A stretch of 64,000 bases of DNA from Edaphobacter sp. (GCA_050012935.1 JBEKGF010000023.1:4554-68553); one strand, 5' to 3'. Counted from the first letter of the stretch, positions 40,718 through 51,232 are shown. Program-made: numbers and translations. The notes: generated by a model not told the origin, from the letters alone.

Positions 40718-41221
40718 ATGACAACCAAGACAACCAAGACAATCAAGACCAAGGCAGTCAACACAGTCAACACAGTCAAACTCAATCCACGGGCCGATCA
40801 AGCCTCGCCAGGCGCCACCACTCTCTCCGACGATCAGATGCAGGCCTTGGCTCAATCCTTTCATGACATAGCCGTGGAAGTTGGCCAGGTGCGCCTCGAT
40901 GCCATCGCCGCCGGCAGCGCGCTCACTGATCCCCGCATCGTCCATCTGCAAGGCTATGTTTTCTCGTTGATGAACGTTGCCGCCGGCCTTGCGCTGCAGG
41001 ATGCAAACCTCACGCTCGACAACGCAGATCAGGCAGTCAATCAAATCTCTCTTGCCACCAAGGCCGCAGACAAAGCATTAGATAAGCTCAAGGATATTGA
41101 TAAGGCGGTCAATATTGCTTCGTCTGTGATCGTTCTCGCCGCAGCAATCACGACCAAAGATCCTGGCCAGATTATCTCAGCAGCCAAAGGGATCTTTACT
41201 GCATCGGGCTTCTCCTTGTAG
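40718..41221 (+). CDS. Hypothetical alpha-helical protein, probably co-transcribed with the lipoprotein
   Basis: Starts 2 bp after the upstream stop. Amphipathic helices and a hydrophobic C-terminal IASSVIVLAAAITT segment. Confidence 0.7.
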   Translation: MTTKTTKTIKTKAVNTVNTVKLNPRADQASPGATTLSDDQMQALAQSFHDIAVEVGQVRLDAIAAGSALTDPRIVHLQGYVFSLMNVAAGLALQDANLTLDNADQAVNQISLATKAADKALDKLKDIDKAVNIASSVIVLAAAITTKDPGQIISAAKGIFTASGFSL

Positions 41222-41263
41222 AGAAGGGAAGTACGGGGGGGAGATATCCTCCCCCCATACTCT

Positions 41264-44200
41264 CTACTTCTTGTGATAGTTCGGGTAAGGCGGCTTCGCC
41301 GGCTCCTGTACAGGATGTTGCGCGAGCTCCTGCATTGCGACACTCACAGCCTTCTCCAACTGCGGATCGTGTCCTTCGCTTACCGCCTTTGGATCCTGCT
41401 CAACCACAACATCCGGGTCGGTGCCGTGATTCTCGATCTGCCACTTGCCCTCGGGCGAGAAGTAGCCGAAGCTTGGCGACGTCACATTGCCGCCGTCCAT
41501 CAACACAGGAATCGCGCCGATACCGACCAGCCCGCCCCAGGTGCGCTTGCCAACCAGCGTCCCGACCTTCTCCTGGTGAAACAGCCACGGCATCGCATCG
41601 CCGCCGGAGCCCGCGACCTCATTGATGATCATCACCTTTGGTCCCGGAATAGACGCATTCGAGGATGTCTGGATCGCACCATAGCGATACGCCCAATATC
41701 CCATGATCTTCCTCTGCATCGCTTCGATGATATAGTCGGCGACCTGCCCACCGCCATTGAAACGCTCATCGATCACCGCGCCCTGCTTGTCCAGTTGCGA
41801 GTAATAAAAACGATTGAAGTTCGTGAAGCCGCCGGCTCCCGTATCCGGAAGATACACATAGGCCAGTTTGCCACCGGAGAGTTGATCCACCTTCTTCTGG
41901 TTGTCTTCGATCCACTGATTGTTCCGCATGGAGGCCTCGCTCCGGACAGGAACCACTGTGATGTCTCGTGCGTTGCTTCCGTCCGCGGACGCAACATGCA
42001 GCACGAGAGCGTGGGTTGCTGAACCTTCGAGCAGGCGTTGAATGTCGTCGTCAGCCTTCAGCTCCTCGCCGCCGATGGAAAGGATGCAATCTCCTGCATG
42101 CACATTCAGCCCAGGTTGTGCGAGCGGAGGTGCCTGCTCCGGATTCCAGTTGCCCCCGGTATAAATCTTCGAGAGGCAATAGTGTCCGCCCTGGATCGTA
42201 TAGTCCGCGCCCAGTAGGCCGCCCGATACGCGTCGTGCCTCTGGAATTGTTCCTCCGGTGCCGCGCAGATGTCCAACTGAAAAGCCGCTCAGCATCTCCT
42301 GGAAGATGTAGTTCAGGTCGCTGCGAGCTGCAATCGAAGCAACATACGGCTCAAACCGCTTCTCTTCTTCGACGGTGTCCACGCCGTGGAAGTTCGTATC
42401 GTAGAAGTAGGCTCGCTCAACCCGCCACACCTCGTGGTACATCTGCTTCCACTCTGCAGCCGGATCAATGCGCACCTCCATGTCCGCTAGCGAAATGGCT
42501 CCCTCGCCCGGTTTCACTGGTGCAGTAGCTGGCGCGATCACCCAGTTCAATCGCCGTCCGCCGCCACCGCCGCCCTCTCCCTGTCCACCGGGCCGTTCAG
42601 CGCTCAGTCCCAGCAGCATCTTCTCGCCATCAGCCGAGAGATCGAAGCTCGCCACGCGATCCGCCAGCTTCTCCGTCTTGCGCGTATCAAAGACATACCG
42701 GCTCAGTGTGGCGGAGCGATCGGCAAATCGGTTCCCTCCTCCAGCCTCCCGGAAATACAACACGCCCGCTTTGCCGGCCTGTAGATCCAGATAGTCCGAA
42801 GCTGGCAAAGGCAGCGGCACGATTCGCGTCTCAATGCCGTCCAGATCAACCTTGACCGGCCTTGGCGGTGTAGCAGGTCGCGCCGCGCCTCGAGCGCCCT
42901 CTTTCGCTTCACCCGTAGTCGTAGCATCCGCAGTCTCCGGCGTCTTTTCCTTCGCCTGGGCTGGAGTCTTCTCGTCATCGCTCTCAGGCGCAATCGGCGA
43001 AGCCTGATCCGCCGCCAGCACCAGCGCGTAAACGTTGCGTGAGGGAGAAAGCAGATCGCTCGTCATATCCAACCCCGCTGAGGCACCCCCGGAGTTAGTG
43101 CTCGCTGCGAAGTAGACATACTTCCCTCCGCGATCGAAGGTCGGCAGCCGCGAATCAGCCGAATCCTGCGTAAACTGAGTAGCCTTACCCGTCTCCACCG
43201 AATACAGGAACAACGAATGCAGATGGTTCCTCACGATCTGCGAGTAGGCAAGCCACTTCGAGTCCGGAGACCACGCGATATCGCGCTTGTCGGTCTGGTA
43301 ATAATCGTCTTCACCTACATGCGTCAATTTACCGTTCGTCGTGTCCAGCATCCACAGCCGCAGATGATTGTCGCGAAACGACAGCAGCTTCGAGTCCGGA
43401 GACCACGCCGGATCGAAGTAGTACGCGGCATCTTTGGCTAGCGGAAACTTCTTCACCGTTCCCGCTCCGGTCTGACTCGCGACGTGCATCGCATACAGTC
43501 CCGACTCATCGGAAAAATAAGCGATGGACTGACCATCCGGCGACCACGCCGGACTCCGCTCCATCACCCCCGGCGTATTCGTAATATCGCGCGTCGGCCC
43601 CTTCTTCACCGGCACAGTCAAAATCTCGCCATGCGCCTCAAAAACCGCCCGCAGGCCAGTCGGAGAGATCCCCGCATGCTCAATCTGCGTACTCACGTTC
43701 TCAATGCGCGCTCTCACCTCCGGCAGGTCGCCGGTCACATCGATCGGCACAAGTCGCGACTGCCCCGTAGCAAGGTCATACATATAGATCTCGCCCAGTT
43801 GATCGTAGACAAGCCCGCCCGGGCCACCCGAGAGCGAATGAATATCAGGCTTTCCTGCGTTCTTCACGCACTCCGTTACAGCCTTCGTCGCTGGGTCGTA
43901 CTTGTACAGCGTCATCGGACCACTGCGGTCGGAAAGAAAATAAACCATCTTCCCCACCCACACCGGATCGAGATCAGAACCCGTCTCATGCGGAATCTGC
44001 GTGCTGCTCAGATCCTTCAGCCCCGTAATCCAGAGTGTGCTGGCGCGCCCACCGCGATAGTTTCCCCAAGCCACGTACCGGTTGTAGTCGAAGCTGAACG
44101 ACGGCCCCAGCGGCGAATAAGCAATGTTCGCGCCATCGCTTGAGATCTCGCCTTCATAGGCCATCGGCAAAGGCAGTACTTTAGCAAATCCACCCGCTGC

Positions 44201-44641
44201 TGGAACCTCATACAGTTGCGTATAGCGGCTGTTCGCCTGCCGATCCGAACGGAACAAAATCTCCTTCCCATCCGGCGACCATCCCACCGCAGTATCGGCT
44301 GCAGGATGGTACGTCACCCGATGCGGCACGCCGCCTGTCGCCGGAATCGTAAAGACATCCGTGTTGCCGTCGTACTCCCCAGTGAACGCGATCGTGTTTC
44401 CATCAGGCGAGAACACCGGCGAGGTCTCGACCCCTACTCCCACAGTCAGGCGTGTGGCATGTCCACCCTTGCGGTCCACGCTCCACAGGTCGCCCGCATA
44501 GTTAAAGACAATCTGCGTCTGACTCAACGCTGGACGCTGCAGCAAATGATATTTTTCCCCGGAGGTAGCGGCCATGCAAACAGTGGTGATCCCGGCGAGA
44601 GTCAAGTACGAGAGAAGGGCGATAGGCGAAGCGAGGCGCAA
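41264..44641 (-). CDS. Tricorn protease homolog (S41 family)
   Basis: Beta-propeller repeats (FSPDG, WSPDG), PDZ, HLRG, DERFNGGG, NEVAGSGGDAMP and GKRTWGGLVG. Confidence 0.95.
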   Translation of the reverse strand: MRLASPIALLSYLTLAGITTVCMAATSGEKYHLLQRPALSQTQIVFNYAGDLWSVDRKGGHATRLTVGVGVETSPVFSPDGNTIAFTGEYDGNTDVFTIPATGGVPHRVTYHPAADTAVGWSPDGKEILFRSDRQANSRYTQLYEVPAAGGFAKVLPLPMAYEGEISSDGANIAYSPLGPSFSFDYNRYVAWGNYRGGRASTLWITGLKDLSSTQIPHETGSDLDPVWVGKMVYFLSDRSGPMTLYKYDPATKAVTECVKNAGKPDIHSLSGGPGGLVYDQLGEIYMYDLATGQSRLVPIDVTGDLPEVRARIENVSTQIEHAGISPTGLRAVFEAHGEILTVPVKKGPTRDITNTPGVMERSPAWSPDGQSIAYFSDESGLYAMHVASQTGAGTVKKFPLAKDAAYYFDPAWSPDSKLLSFRDNHLRLWMLDTTNGKLTHVGEDDYYQTDKRDIAWSPDSKWLAYSQIVRNHLHSLFLYSVETGKATQFTQDSADSRLPTFDRGGKYVYFAASTNSGGASAGLDMTSDLLSPSRNVYALVLAADQASPIAPESDDEKTPAQAKEKTPETADATTTGEAKEGARGAARPATPPRPVKVDLDGIETRIVPLPLPASDYLDLQAGKAGVLYFREAGGGNRFADRSATLSRYVFDTRKTEKLADRVASFDLSADGEKMLLGLSAERPGGQGEGGGGGGRRLNWVIAPATAPVKPGEGAISLADMEVRIDPAAEWKQMYHEVWRVERAYFYDTNFHGVDTVEEEKRFEPYVASIAARSDLNYIFQEMLSGFSVGHLRGTGGTIPEARRVSGGLLGADYTIQGGHYCLSKIYTGGNWNPEQAPPLAQPGLNVHAGDCILSIGGEELKADDDIQRLLEGSATHALVLHVASADGSNARDITVVPVRSEASMRNNQWIEDNQKKVDQLSGGKLAYVYLPDTGAGGFTNFNRFYYSQLDKQGAVIDERFNGGGQVADYIIEAMQRKIMGYWAYRYGAIQTSSNASIPGPKVMIINEVAGSGGDAMPWLFHQEKVGTLVGKRTWGGLVGIGAIPVLMDGGNVTSPSFGYFSPEGKWQIENHGTDPDVVVEQDPKAVSEGHDPQLEKAVSVAMQELAQHPVQEPAKPPYPNYHKK

Positions 44642-44915
44642 GTTAGTTCTCCATATCCGTCATAAGGTGTAAGTTTTGGTTCCGCCATCCTACACGCTTA
44701 GCGGCTGCGCCAGAGTATTCAGGTACAACTAAATAGGAATGGGGCATCTCTTTTGCGTGTGACAAACTCTAACAAGTACCAACCCTTGCTTAACAATGAC
44801 ATCAAAGGGACGTCAAAAAGACATATTTTCACCGAAACTTTTCCTTAACCATTGCGTCATCTACATCAGAGCCGGGTTTGTCCATCCAGGCAACACTGCA
44901 GAGGAAACTTATCAA

Positions 44916-45143
44916 ATGGGCTACAAACTGAAATATTTCGCGATGACGCTGATGTTTCTTATTGCGCTCAGCTTTACCTTCGAGCGCCAAGCCCACGCTT
45001 ACGTCGATCCGGGCTCCGGGCTCCTGATCTTTCAGGGCATTAGCGCGATCTTTTCCGGAGCGCTATTCTACTTCCGCCGTCGCCTCAAGAGTCTCTTCGT
45101 CAGATCTCCCAAGGGGATCGCACGGTCCAGCCGTCTCTCCTAG
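44916..45143 (+). CDS. Small membrane protein with signal peptide and Y[IV]DPG[ST]G motif
   Basis: GAGGAA SD, AHA cleavage site, then YVDPGSGLLIFQGISAIFSGALFYFRRR (one TM plus basic tail). Confidence 0.8.
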   Translation: MGYKLKYFAMTLMFLIALSFTFERQAHAYVDPGSGLLIFQGISAIFSGALFYFRRRLKSLFVRSPKGIARSSRLS

Positions 45144-45297
45144 ATGCCGTTGACATCCGGCAGAAGGGCCTTATGCCTTTTCTTGGAATGCGCGCTAATT
45201 CCTGCGTCTGCGCAAACCCTTACTTCAAATCCTTGATTGGAAACGGGCGGTGCGAATGCTCGCATCCTGTTCTCTCGTCCTTGAAAGAAAACAGGCG

Positions 45298-46905
45298 GTG
45301 AAGCCACTTACTCATCCCATCGCGGTCGCCTTCGGCCTCGCTAACCTTTATCTGCTCGACCTGACCGGTCCACTCATCGCAACCGATCACGACCTGGTCT
45401 ACCACCTCGTCGGGTCGGCTTCTTCGGTCATTATTCCGATCATCGTCTACGCCATCGCCCTGTCGCTTCTTTTCGCCGTACTTCTGTTTCTTGCCGAAAG
45501 GCCCGGCGCTCTCCGTATCATCATCTGGTCAGCATTCATCCTCGCTCTACCGTCGATTCTTCTCCATACCTTTGCTAACTTCTCCGGCGCCGAGATACCG
45601 GACTGGTTGACCTATTCCGTTGTCGGAATCTGCCTCTTCACCTTTATCGCGATCACTGTTTTCCGGAAGAAATTCGCCCCTCGATTTGAAAAGATTCAAC
45701 ACTCAGCCGCCATCATCCTCGGCCTGTGCTCTTTCACCGGGCTGCTTATCTTCGGCCAACTCATCTGGAGCTGTTGGCAGGCACGCAACCTCAACCCATC
45801 GCCCACGCTGCACAAGTCTCAGCTCAGTTTGCCCCCGACTCAAACCCGCCCTCGAATTATCTGGCTTCTATTCGACGAGCTCTCCTACCAGCAGCTCTAC
45901 GAGAGACGCTTTCCCGGCCTCAGCCTACCTGCCTTCGACAAGCTCGCCGCTCAATCGACTGTTTTCACACAGGTTGTTCCCGCTGGCTTATATACCCGCT
46001 ACATTCTTCCCACACTCTTCACTGGCATCCCATCCGACGCCGTCGACGTCTCCGCACGCGGTTTTCTTATCTCGCTGAAAGACTCATCCACCGGCAAGTG
46101 GACCCCATTTCTTCAGCACCAGACCGTCTTTCAGGACGCCATCGACGCAGGCTATACCACCGGCATCGCCGGCTGGTACAACCCCTACTGCCGAATCATG
46201 CCCGAAGTCCTCGATTATTGCTTCTGGACCTACCGCGAAACTACCCCCGCCAACCTCTCGCCGAACCGCTCTCTCGCGGTTGATCTCCTGCGTCCGTTCC
46301 ACTACCTCTGGCTCGACGCGAAACACCTCGTCGGCCGCGGTCCCGGCTCACCCTCCGACGAGCGCCGCGACATCCGTCAGCACTCCAGCGACTATCAAAA
46401 GCTCCGCATCGCCGGCGACGCCTTCCTCGCCGACCCCTCCATCGGCTTCCTCTTTCTCCACATGCCCATTCCGCACCCCTACGGCTTCTACGACCGCAGG
46501 AAGAAGGCCTTCAGCACCAGACACACCTCGTACATCGACAATCTCGCCCTCGCCGACCGCTACCTCTCCCACATCCGTCAACTTCTCGAACAGAAAAATC
46601 AGTGGAATTCTTCTGCCATCGTCGTCATAGGCGACCACTCTTGGCGCACCACCCAGATATGGAAAGACTCCATGACCTGGACCGACGAAGACCAATCCGC
46701 AAGCCGCGGCGAGTTCGATCCTCGTCCGGCCTACATCGTCAAACTCCCTGACCAGCAGACCTCAGCCACCATCGATCAGAGCTTCTCAGCCGTCTCCACC
46801 CGCGCCCTGCTGGACGCCCTGATACAAAATCATCTGCAAACCCCGGCCGACCTGCAAACCTGGGTCAGCCGGCAGAAAATACCCTCGGATATCGCCCGAA
46901 AATAA
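45298..46905 (+). CDS. Membrane-anchored alkaline-phosphatase/sulfatase-superfamily transferase (LTA synthase / EptA-like)
   Basis: N-terminal TM helices, IIWLLFDE, HMPIPHPY, YIDNLALAD and VVIGDH metal-binding motifs. GTG start at 45298 assumed. Confidence 0.8.
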   Translation: MKPLTHPIAVAFGLANLYLLDLTGPLIATDHDLVYHLVGSASSVIIPIIVYAIALSLLFAVLLFLAERPGALRIIIWSAFILALPSILLHTFANFSGAEIPDWLTYSVVGICLFTFIAITVFRKKFAPRFEKIQHSAAIILGLCSFTGLLIFGQLIWSCWQARNLNPSPTLHKSQLSLPPTQTRPRIIWLLFDELSYQQLYERRFPGLSLPAFDKLAAQSTVFTQVVPAGLYTRYILPTLFTGIPSDAVDVSARGFLISLKDSSTGKWTPFLQHQTVFQDAIDAGYTTGIAGWYNPYCRIMPEVLDYCFWTYRETTPANLSPNRSLAVDLLRPFHYLWLDAKHLVGRGPGSPSDERRDIRQHSSDYQKLRIAGDAFLADPSIGFLFLHMPIPHPYGFYDRRKKAFSTRHTSYIDNLALADRYLSHIRQLLEQKNQWNSSAIVVIGDHSWRTTQIWKDSMTWTDEDQSASRGEFDPRPAYIVKLPDQQTSATIDQSFSAVSTRALLDALIQNHLQTPADLQTWVSRQKIPSDIARK

Positions 46906-47022
46906 CCGTCATCATCTTCTGCCCGTTAATCGACAAGTACACAGAACCGACCTGATCACTTACCCGATCTCTAACCACACACTAAAGTAAAAGATGCTCT
47001 GGCGTTCCGCGCCTCCGAAATC

Positions 47023-48000
47023 ATGATGCGTGCGAACGCCCCAATTCCGGCCCTTCTGGCTCTCGCAGCGCTGTATCTCTTTCCAGCAGATTGCCTGGCC
47101 AGGCAATCGCAGCCCCTGGTCCACAAGACCGCACTCGCCGCTCCAGCGCATCACAAACAAACCGCTGAGACGCCGCACTCAACTGGCACCCCTGTAAAAC
47201 GCAACGTTGCTTCAGCGAGCGCACACAAGCAGAACGCATCCACACATCATCACGCGCGCCGCGCCGCCACACCATCCGCCAACGTCGTCAACATTCTTCG
47301 AACGAATACCCAGAGACCGCGCCTCGCCAGTGCAGAGGAGGCCGCCTCAACCCCCGTCATTCTACCCAGCCTCTACAACAGGCGTGGCCGCCTCATCGTT
47401 CCGCCGCCCCTCAAAGGTTCCCACGACATTCTTGTCCATCAAAATGAGGTGGCCGACCGCGACGGCCTCCACCGCATCCAGAACGACGAAGATCTCTTGG
47501 ACATGCGCAGTGAACATCTGCTCGTCTCGCTTCCTGCCGACAACGACCTTCAGGTCGATGAGCGTCTTCCTCTGAATCGCCGCTACTGCCGCCCCTGGAC
47601 CGCGCAGTTCCTGGTCACCTTGGCTCGCGACTACTACGCCCACTTTCACACCCCGTTACAGGTCAACTCCGCGGTTCGCACTGTCGAATTTCAGCAGCAC
47701 CTCATGCACATCAACGGAAATGCAGCTCCCGCCGACGGCGACACCGCGTCGCCCCACCTCACCGGCCAGGCCATCGACATCGCCAAGCACGGTCTCTCCC
47801 TCACCGAGATCGCATGGCTACGCGCATACCTCTTGCCTCTTGTCCAACAGGGGGAGGTTGACGTGGAAGAAGAGTTTCAGCAGGCCTGCTTTCACATCAG
47901 CGTCTACAAGAAGTATCTTCCTCCGGTAAACGCCCCGAACGATGACCTCATCGCGCCGCATCACGGGGGCACCACTGCATTGGCGACAGCTCTGCGCTAA
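47023..48000 (+). CDS. DUF5715-type secreted protein with peptidase M15-like metal motif
   Basis: YCRPWT, QVNSAVRT, SPHLTGQAIDI and EEFQQACFHI. Confidence 0.75.
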   Translation: MMRANAPIPALLALAALYLFPADCLARQSQPLVHKTALAAPAHHKQTAETPHSTGTPVKRNVASASAHKQNASTHHHARRAATPSANVVNILRTNTQRPRLASAEEAASTPVILPSLYNRRGRLIVPPPLKGSHDILVHQNEVADRDGLHRIQNDEDLLDMRSEHLLVSLPADNDLQVDERLPLNRRYCRPWTAQFLVTLARDYYAHFHTPLQVNSAVRTVEFQQHLMHINGNAAPADGDTASPHLTGQAIDIAKHGLSLTEIAWLRAYLLPLVQQGEVDVEEEFQQACFHISVYKKYLPPVNAPNDDLIAPHHGGTTALATALR

Positions 48001-48998
48001 ACAGCCTCACGGCGCCCACTCCGCCAGCTCGCATACGCTGTATCGAGCGCACGCATATTATGCACGCCATCTCCGCCCGAAGCTGGAAAGTTGCCCATAC
48101 CCCAAAATGCCGACGCGAAGCTGTCCAGCATCCGCGTGTACCCATCCCCATTGTCCACCGTGACCGTCTCCACAAGTGCGCCTCCCTTGTGCAAGACAAT
48201 CTGCACCGGCCGATCGACCGTCAAGCCATTCTCTGCGATCAGCACACCATCGCTTCCCGTAACCTCAACCAGCGTTCGGTATGGCGCGCGCGCACTCGCC
48301 GTCACATTTGCATAGATGCCGCCTGTGATCTCCAACTGCAGCGAAGCAATCGCCTCCACCTTGCCGGAAGCATCGTCCTTTTGAGCCACCGTGCTGACGC
48401 TGGTCACATTCTCACCCAGCACAAAGCGAAGAGCATCAATGCAGTGCACGCCAACATCCGCAATAGGCCCGCCGCACGCCAGCGTCGGATCGGTAATCCA
48501 TTTTCGCGGAGCCTGCGCAGCCGGATAGGCATACTGTGCATGGGCAAGCTGCGGCTTTCCGATGCGTCCCGCGGCGATCTGTTCGCGCAGCCAATCTAGA
48601 CTGCGGTTGAACCGAAAATTTTGCGCCACGCCAAACAACAACCCGGCAGTTTGAGCCGCCTTTGTCATCTCCTCAGCTTCGGCGGTGTTCATCGCAAGCG
48701 GCTTTTCGCACAGCACAGCCTTGCCATGACTCAGAGCCAGCAGCGTATCGTCGCGATGCATTGCATCCGGTGATGTAATCAGGACGACATCCACCTCAGG
48801 CGAAGAGCACAACGCCTCGCGCGAAGGAAAACAGTTAGGAATTTTGTGCTCAGCGCAATTCTTCACAGCGGCAGCCTGATCTCTCCGCCACATTCCGCTC
48901 AACGTTGCTCGTTCGCTCACCGCAAAGGCTGGCAAAAGCCGGCGAACGGCATGGTGGCCAAAACCCAGAATCGCGAAACGCACCGGTGACTGCGTCAT
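47997..48998 (-). CDS. Gfo/Idh/MocA family oxidoreductase
   Basis: ILGFGHHA, ITSPDAMH, VLCEKPLA and DVGVHCID. GGAG SD. Confidence 0.92.
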   Translation of the reverse strand: MTQSPVRFAILGFGHHAVRRLLPAFAVSERATLSGMWRRDQAAAVKNCAEHKIPNCFPSREALCSSPEVDVVLITSPDAMHRDDTLLALSHGKAVLCEKPLAMNTAEAEEMTKAAQTAGLLFGVAQNFRFNRSLDWLREQIAAGRIGKPQLAHAQYAYPAAQAPRKWITDPTLACGGPIADVGVHCIDALRFVLGENVTSVSTVAQKDDASGKVEAIASLQLEITGGIYANVTASARAPYRTLVEVTGSDGVLIAENGLTVDRPVQIVLHKGGALVETVTVDNGDGYTRMLDSFASAFWGMGNFPASGGDGVHNMRALDTAYASWRSGRREAV

Positions 48999-49125
48999 GA
49001 ACTTCTCCAAAATATCTTGGTTATTATAGGCCGCTGAAATTAGTCGTCTTGCTTAAGCGCGCGGCCTTCAGCTGTGCAGCGCGTTCTGTCGGCAACACGG
49101 CTTCATCTGTAGGTACGCTCGCTCT

Positions 49126-50223
49126 CTAGTGGGCGTCGTTCTTGAATATCTCGTCCGCGAGAAAGTTCTCCACCTTGGCCTGATTGTGCACCATCTCAAG
49201 ATAGGCAGCCTTCAGCAACTGCGAACGGCCTTGTTGCAACTGTTGCCGGATCGCCTGTTGCACGCGAGGATCATTCAAATCCCTCTGCCCTGGAGGATCG
49301 CGCGAGAGCAGCTTGTAAATCGCATATCCCACCGGCTTCTTCGTCTGTGGATCGATAATCGGGAGAATGTCGGTCACTTCGCTCGCCTTCAGCTTTGTAA
49401 TCGAGTTGGAGATTGCAGGATCGGCATGCTGCATCTGCGACTCACCCACGAAGCCCTTATCTCCGCCGTTCGGCGCTGTCTCCGGATCTTCGGAAAAGTT
49501 CATTGCGAGCGTGCCAAAGTCTTCGCCGCTGTCCAGCCTGTTCTTCAACGCCTGGATCTTCCTCTTGGCCTCTGTGTCATTGGCGGCCTTGCTGTTCTGT
49601 AAATTGCCCGGTTGCGTCGACGGTTGATCTGTCACCAGAATCTGCGCCAGATGATATTGCGTCTCAATCAGATTGAACCCGGCCTTGTTCTGGTTGTAGT
49701 AGTTCGCAACATCCGCGTCCGTCACCGTAATCTTCGAATTGATCTCCTTATTGATCAGCTTGTTGATCGTAAGGGTCTGCCGTATCAGATGCTTCAGATC
49801 GTCGACCGTCTGATTGCTTGCCTTCAGCCTCTCTTGAAACTGATCTTCGGTGAACGGAGCTTTCATCTCGTTGAGCTTCGCATCCACCTCTTCATTTGTC
49901 GCCGTCAGATTCATCTTGGCAGCACGCTGCAGCACGATCTCGTTGTCGATCATTCCGTGCAACACGTTCAAGCGCAGCGAATCGGCCTGCTCCTGAGGGA
50001 GATGTCGTTGCTGCGGCGCATCGCCCAGTTGCGCCTGGTAGGCCTTGTCCAGCTCCGTCCGCATAATCGCATGGCCGTTCACCGTCGCAACTACATCGGC
50101 GCTATGGCCGCGATTGCAACCTGCAACCACGCCGGCACACAGAATCAACGCGACAGGAAAAGAAATCTGGCGCAAGTACTGCATGGTGAAAGAACGATCG
50201 GTATCGGTCAACAATGTTGGCAC
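49126..50223 (-). CDS. SurA/PrsA-like parvulin peptidyl-prolyl isomerase, lipoprotein
   Basis: VAGC lipobox, VVATVNGHAI, HLAQILV and FGTLAMNFSEDP...GGDKGF. Confidence 0.9.
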   Translation of the reverse strand: MPTLLTDTDRSFTMQYLRQISFPVALILCAGVVAGCNRGHSADVVATVNGHAIMRTELDKAYQAQLGDAPQQRHLPQEQADSLRLNVLHGMIDNEIVLQRAAKMNLTATNEEVDAKLNEMKAPFTEDQFQERLKASNQTVDDLKHLIRQTLTINKLINKEINSKITVTDADVANYYNQNKAGFNLIETQYHLAQILVTDQPSTQPGNLQNSKAANDTEAKRKIQALKNRLDSGEDFGTLAMNFSEDPETAPNGGDKGFVGESQMQHADPAISNSITKLKASEVTDILPIIDPQTKKPVGYAIYKLLSRDPPGQRDLNDPRVQQAIRQQLQQGRSQLLKAAYLEMVHNQAKVENFLADEIFKNDAH

Positions 50224-50248
50224 GTCCTGTATCTCCTGATTGCTTTCG

Positions 50249-51232
50249 CTAGTTGCCGGGCTTGGTCGCCGACGTAGCCGCAGGCGGTGCCTGAGCGGGG
50301 GCAGCCGGCGGTGGTGGTGGTGGTGGCGTCTGGCCCGAGGCAGTCAACGCGTTATCGATCATACGGTATACATACTCCAGCGGGAGAGCCCCTTCTACCT
50401 TTTCTCCATTGATAAATAGCGCCGGAGTCGAGTCCACCCCCAGAGATTCGCCCAACTTCACCGATGCCTTGATCGCCGTATCATCCTGCTTGGTAATGCA
50501 CGCATTCAACGTATCGACATTCAGCTTCTGCCGCTTTCCCTCGTCGCGCGCCAGCGAATCCAGCGTATCGTTCGCCTTCGCCAGGCTCTTCTCTTCGCCG
50601 CCCATCCCCGCGGCATGTGCGTGGATATAATCCACCAGGTTCCAATACCCTGTCGGACTCTGCGCGGCAACGCAATTGGCATCGACCGCCGCCCGCATCG
50701 CCCATGGATGCTGATCCAGCGGAAAATCCCGGTAGACAATATGAATCTGGTTCTTATATCGCTCCGTCAGCGCGGGAAACAATTGAGCATGCATCTGGGC
50801 GCAGTACGGGCACTCCAGGTCGTCAAAGCCCACAATCAGCACCGGAGCATTCGCCGGTCCACCCCGTGCCGGTCGGCCATCCCCACTCACCAGCAGCTTC
50901 GGGTCCTTGCTGATGTCGTACTTGTTGAACTGTGCCAGTGTCTTGCCGTCCGTCGAAAGCAGGAACGTCATTGGCTTGCTTGTCTTGCCTTCCAGCGACA
51001 AAGTTACGGTGATCTCATCGAAGTCCGGCACATTGCTCTTCATTCGCGGACCAATGTGCATCTCATAATCCGGAGTTATCGAGGACCTCGAACGAATCAG
51101 CACCTCAACCCGCCGCGCCAGCTCCGGAGATAGCTCTTTCGAGGCCTCCGTTGGAGTCTGTGCGTGGCATCCAACAGCAGCCAGCGTTAAGGCAAAAATA
51201 AGGGCACGGAAAGACTTCACAACGGTAGGCAC
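50249..51232 (-). CDS. DsbA/DsbG-like thioredoxin-fold lipoprotein
   Basis: AVGC lipobox, GPANAPVLIVGFDDLECPYC, RDFPL...HPWA and GVDSTPALFING. Confidence 0.92.
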   Translation of the reverse strand: MPTVVKSFRALIFALTLAAVGCHAQTPTEASKELSPELARRVEVLIRSRSSITPDYEMHIGPRMKSNVPDFDEITVTLSLEGKTSKPMTFLLSTDGKTLAQFNKYDISKDPKLLVSGDGRPARGGPANAPVLIVGFDDLECPYCAQMHAQLFPALTERYKNQIHIVYRDFPLDQHPWAMRAAVDANCVAAQSPTGYWNLVDYIHAHAAGMGGEEKSLAKANDTLDSLARDEGKRQKLNVDTLNACITKQDDTAIKASVKLGESLGVDSTPALFINGEKVEGALPLEYVYRMIDNALTASGQTPPPPPPPAAPAQAPPAATSATKPGN

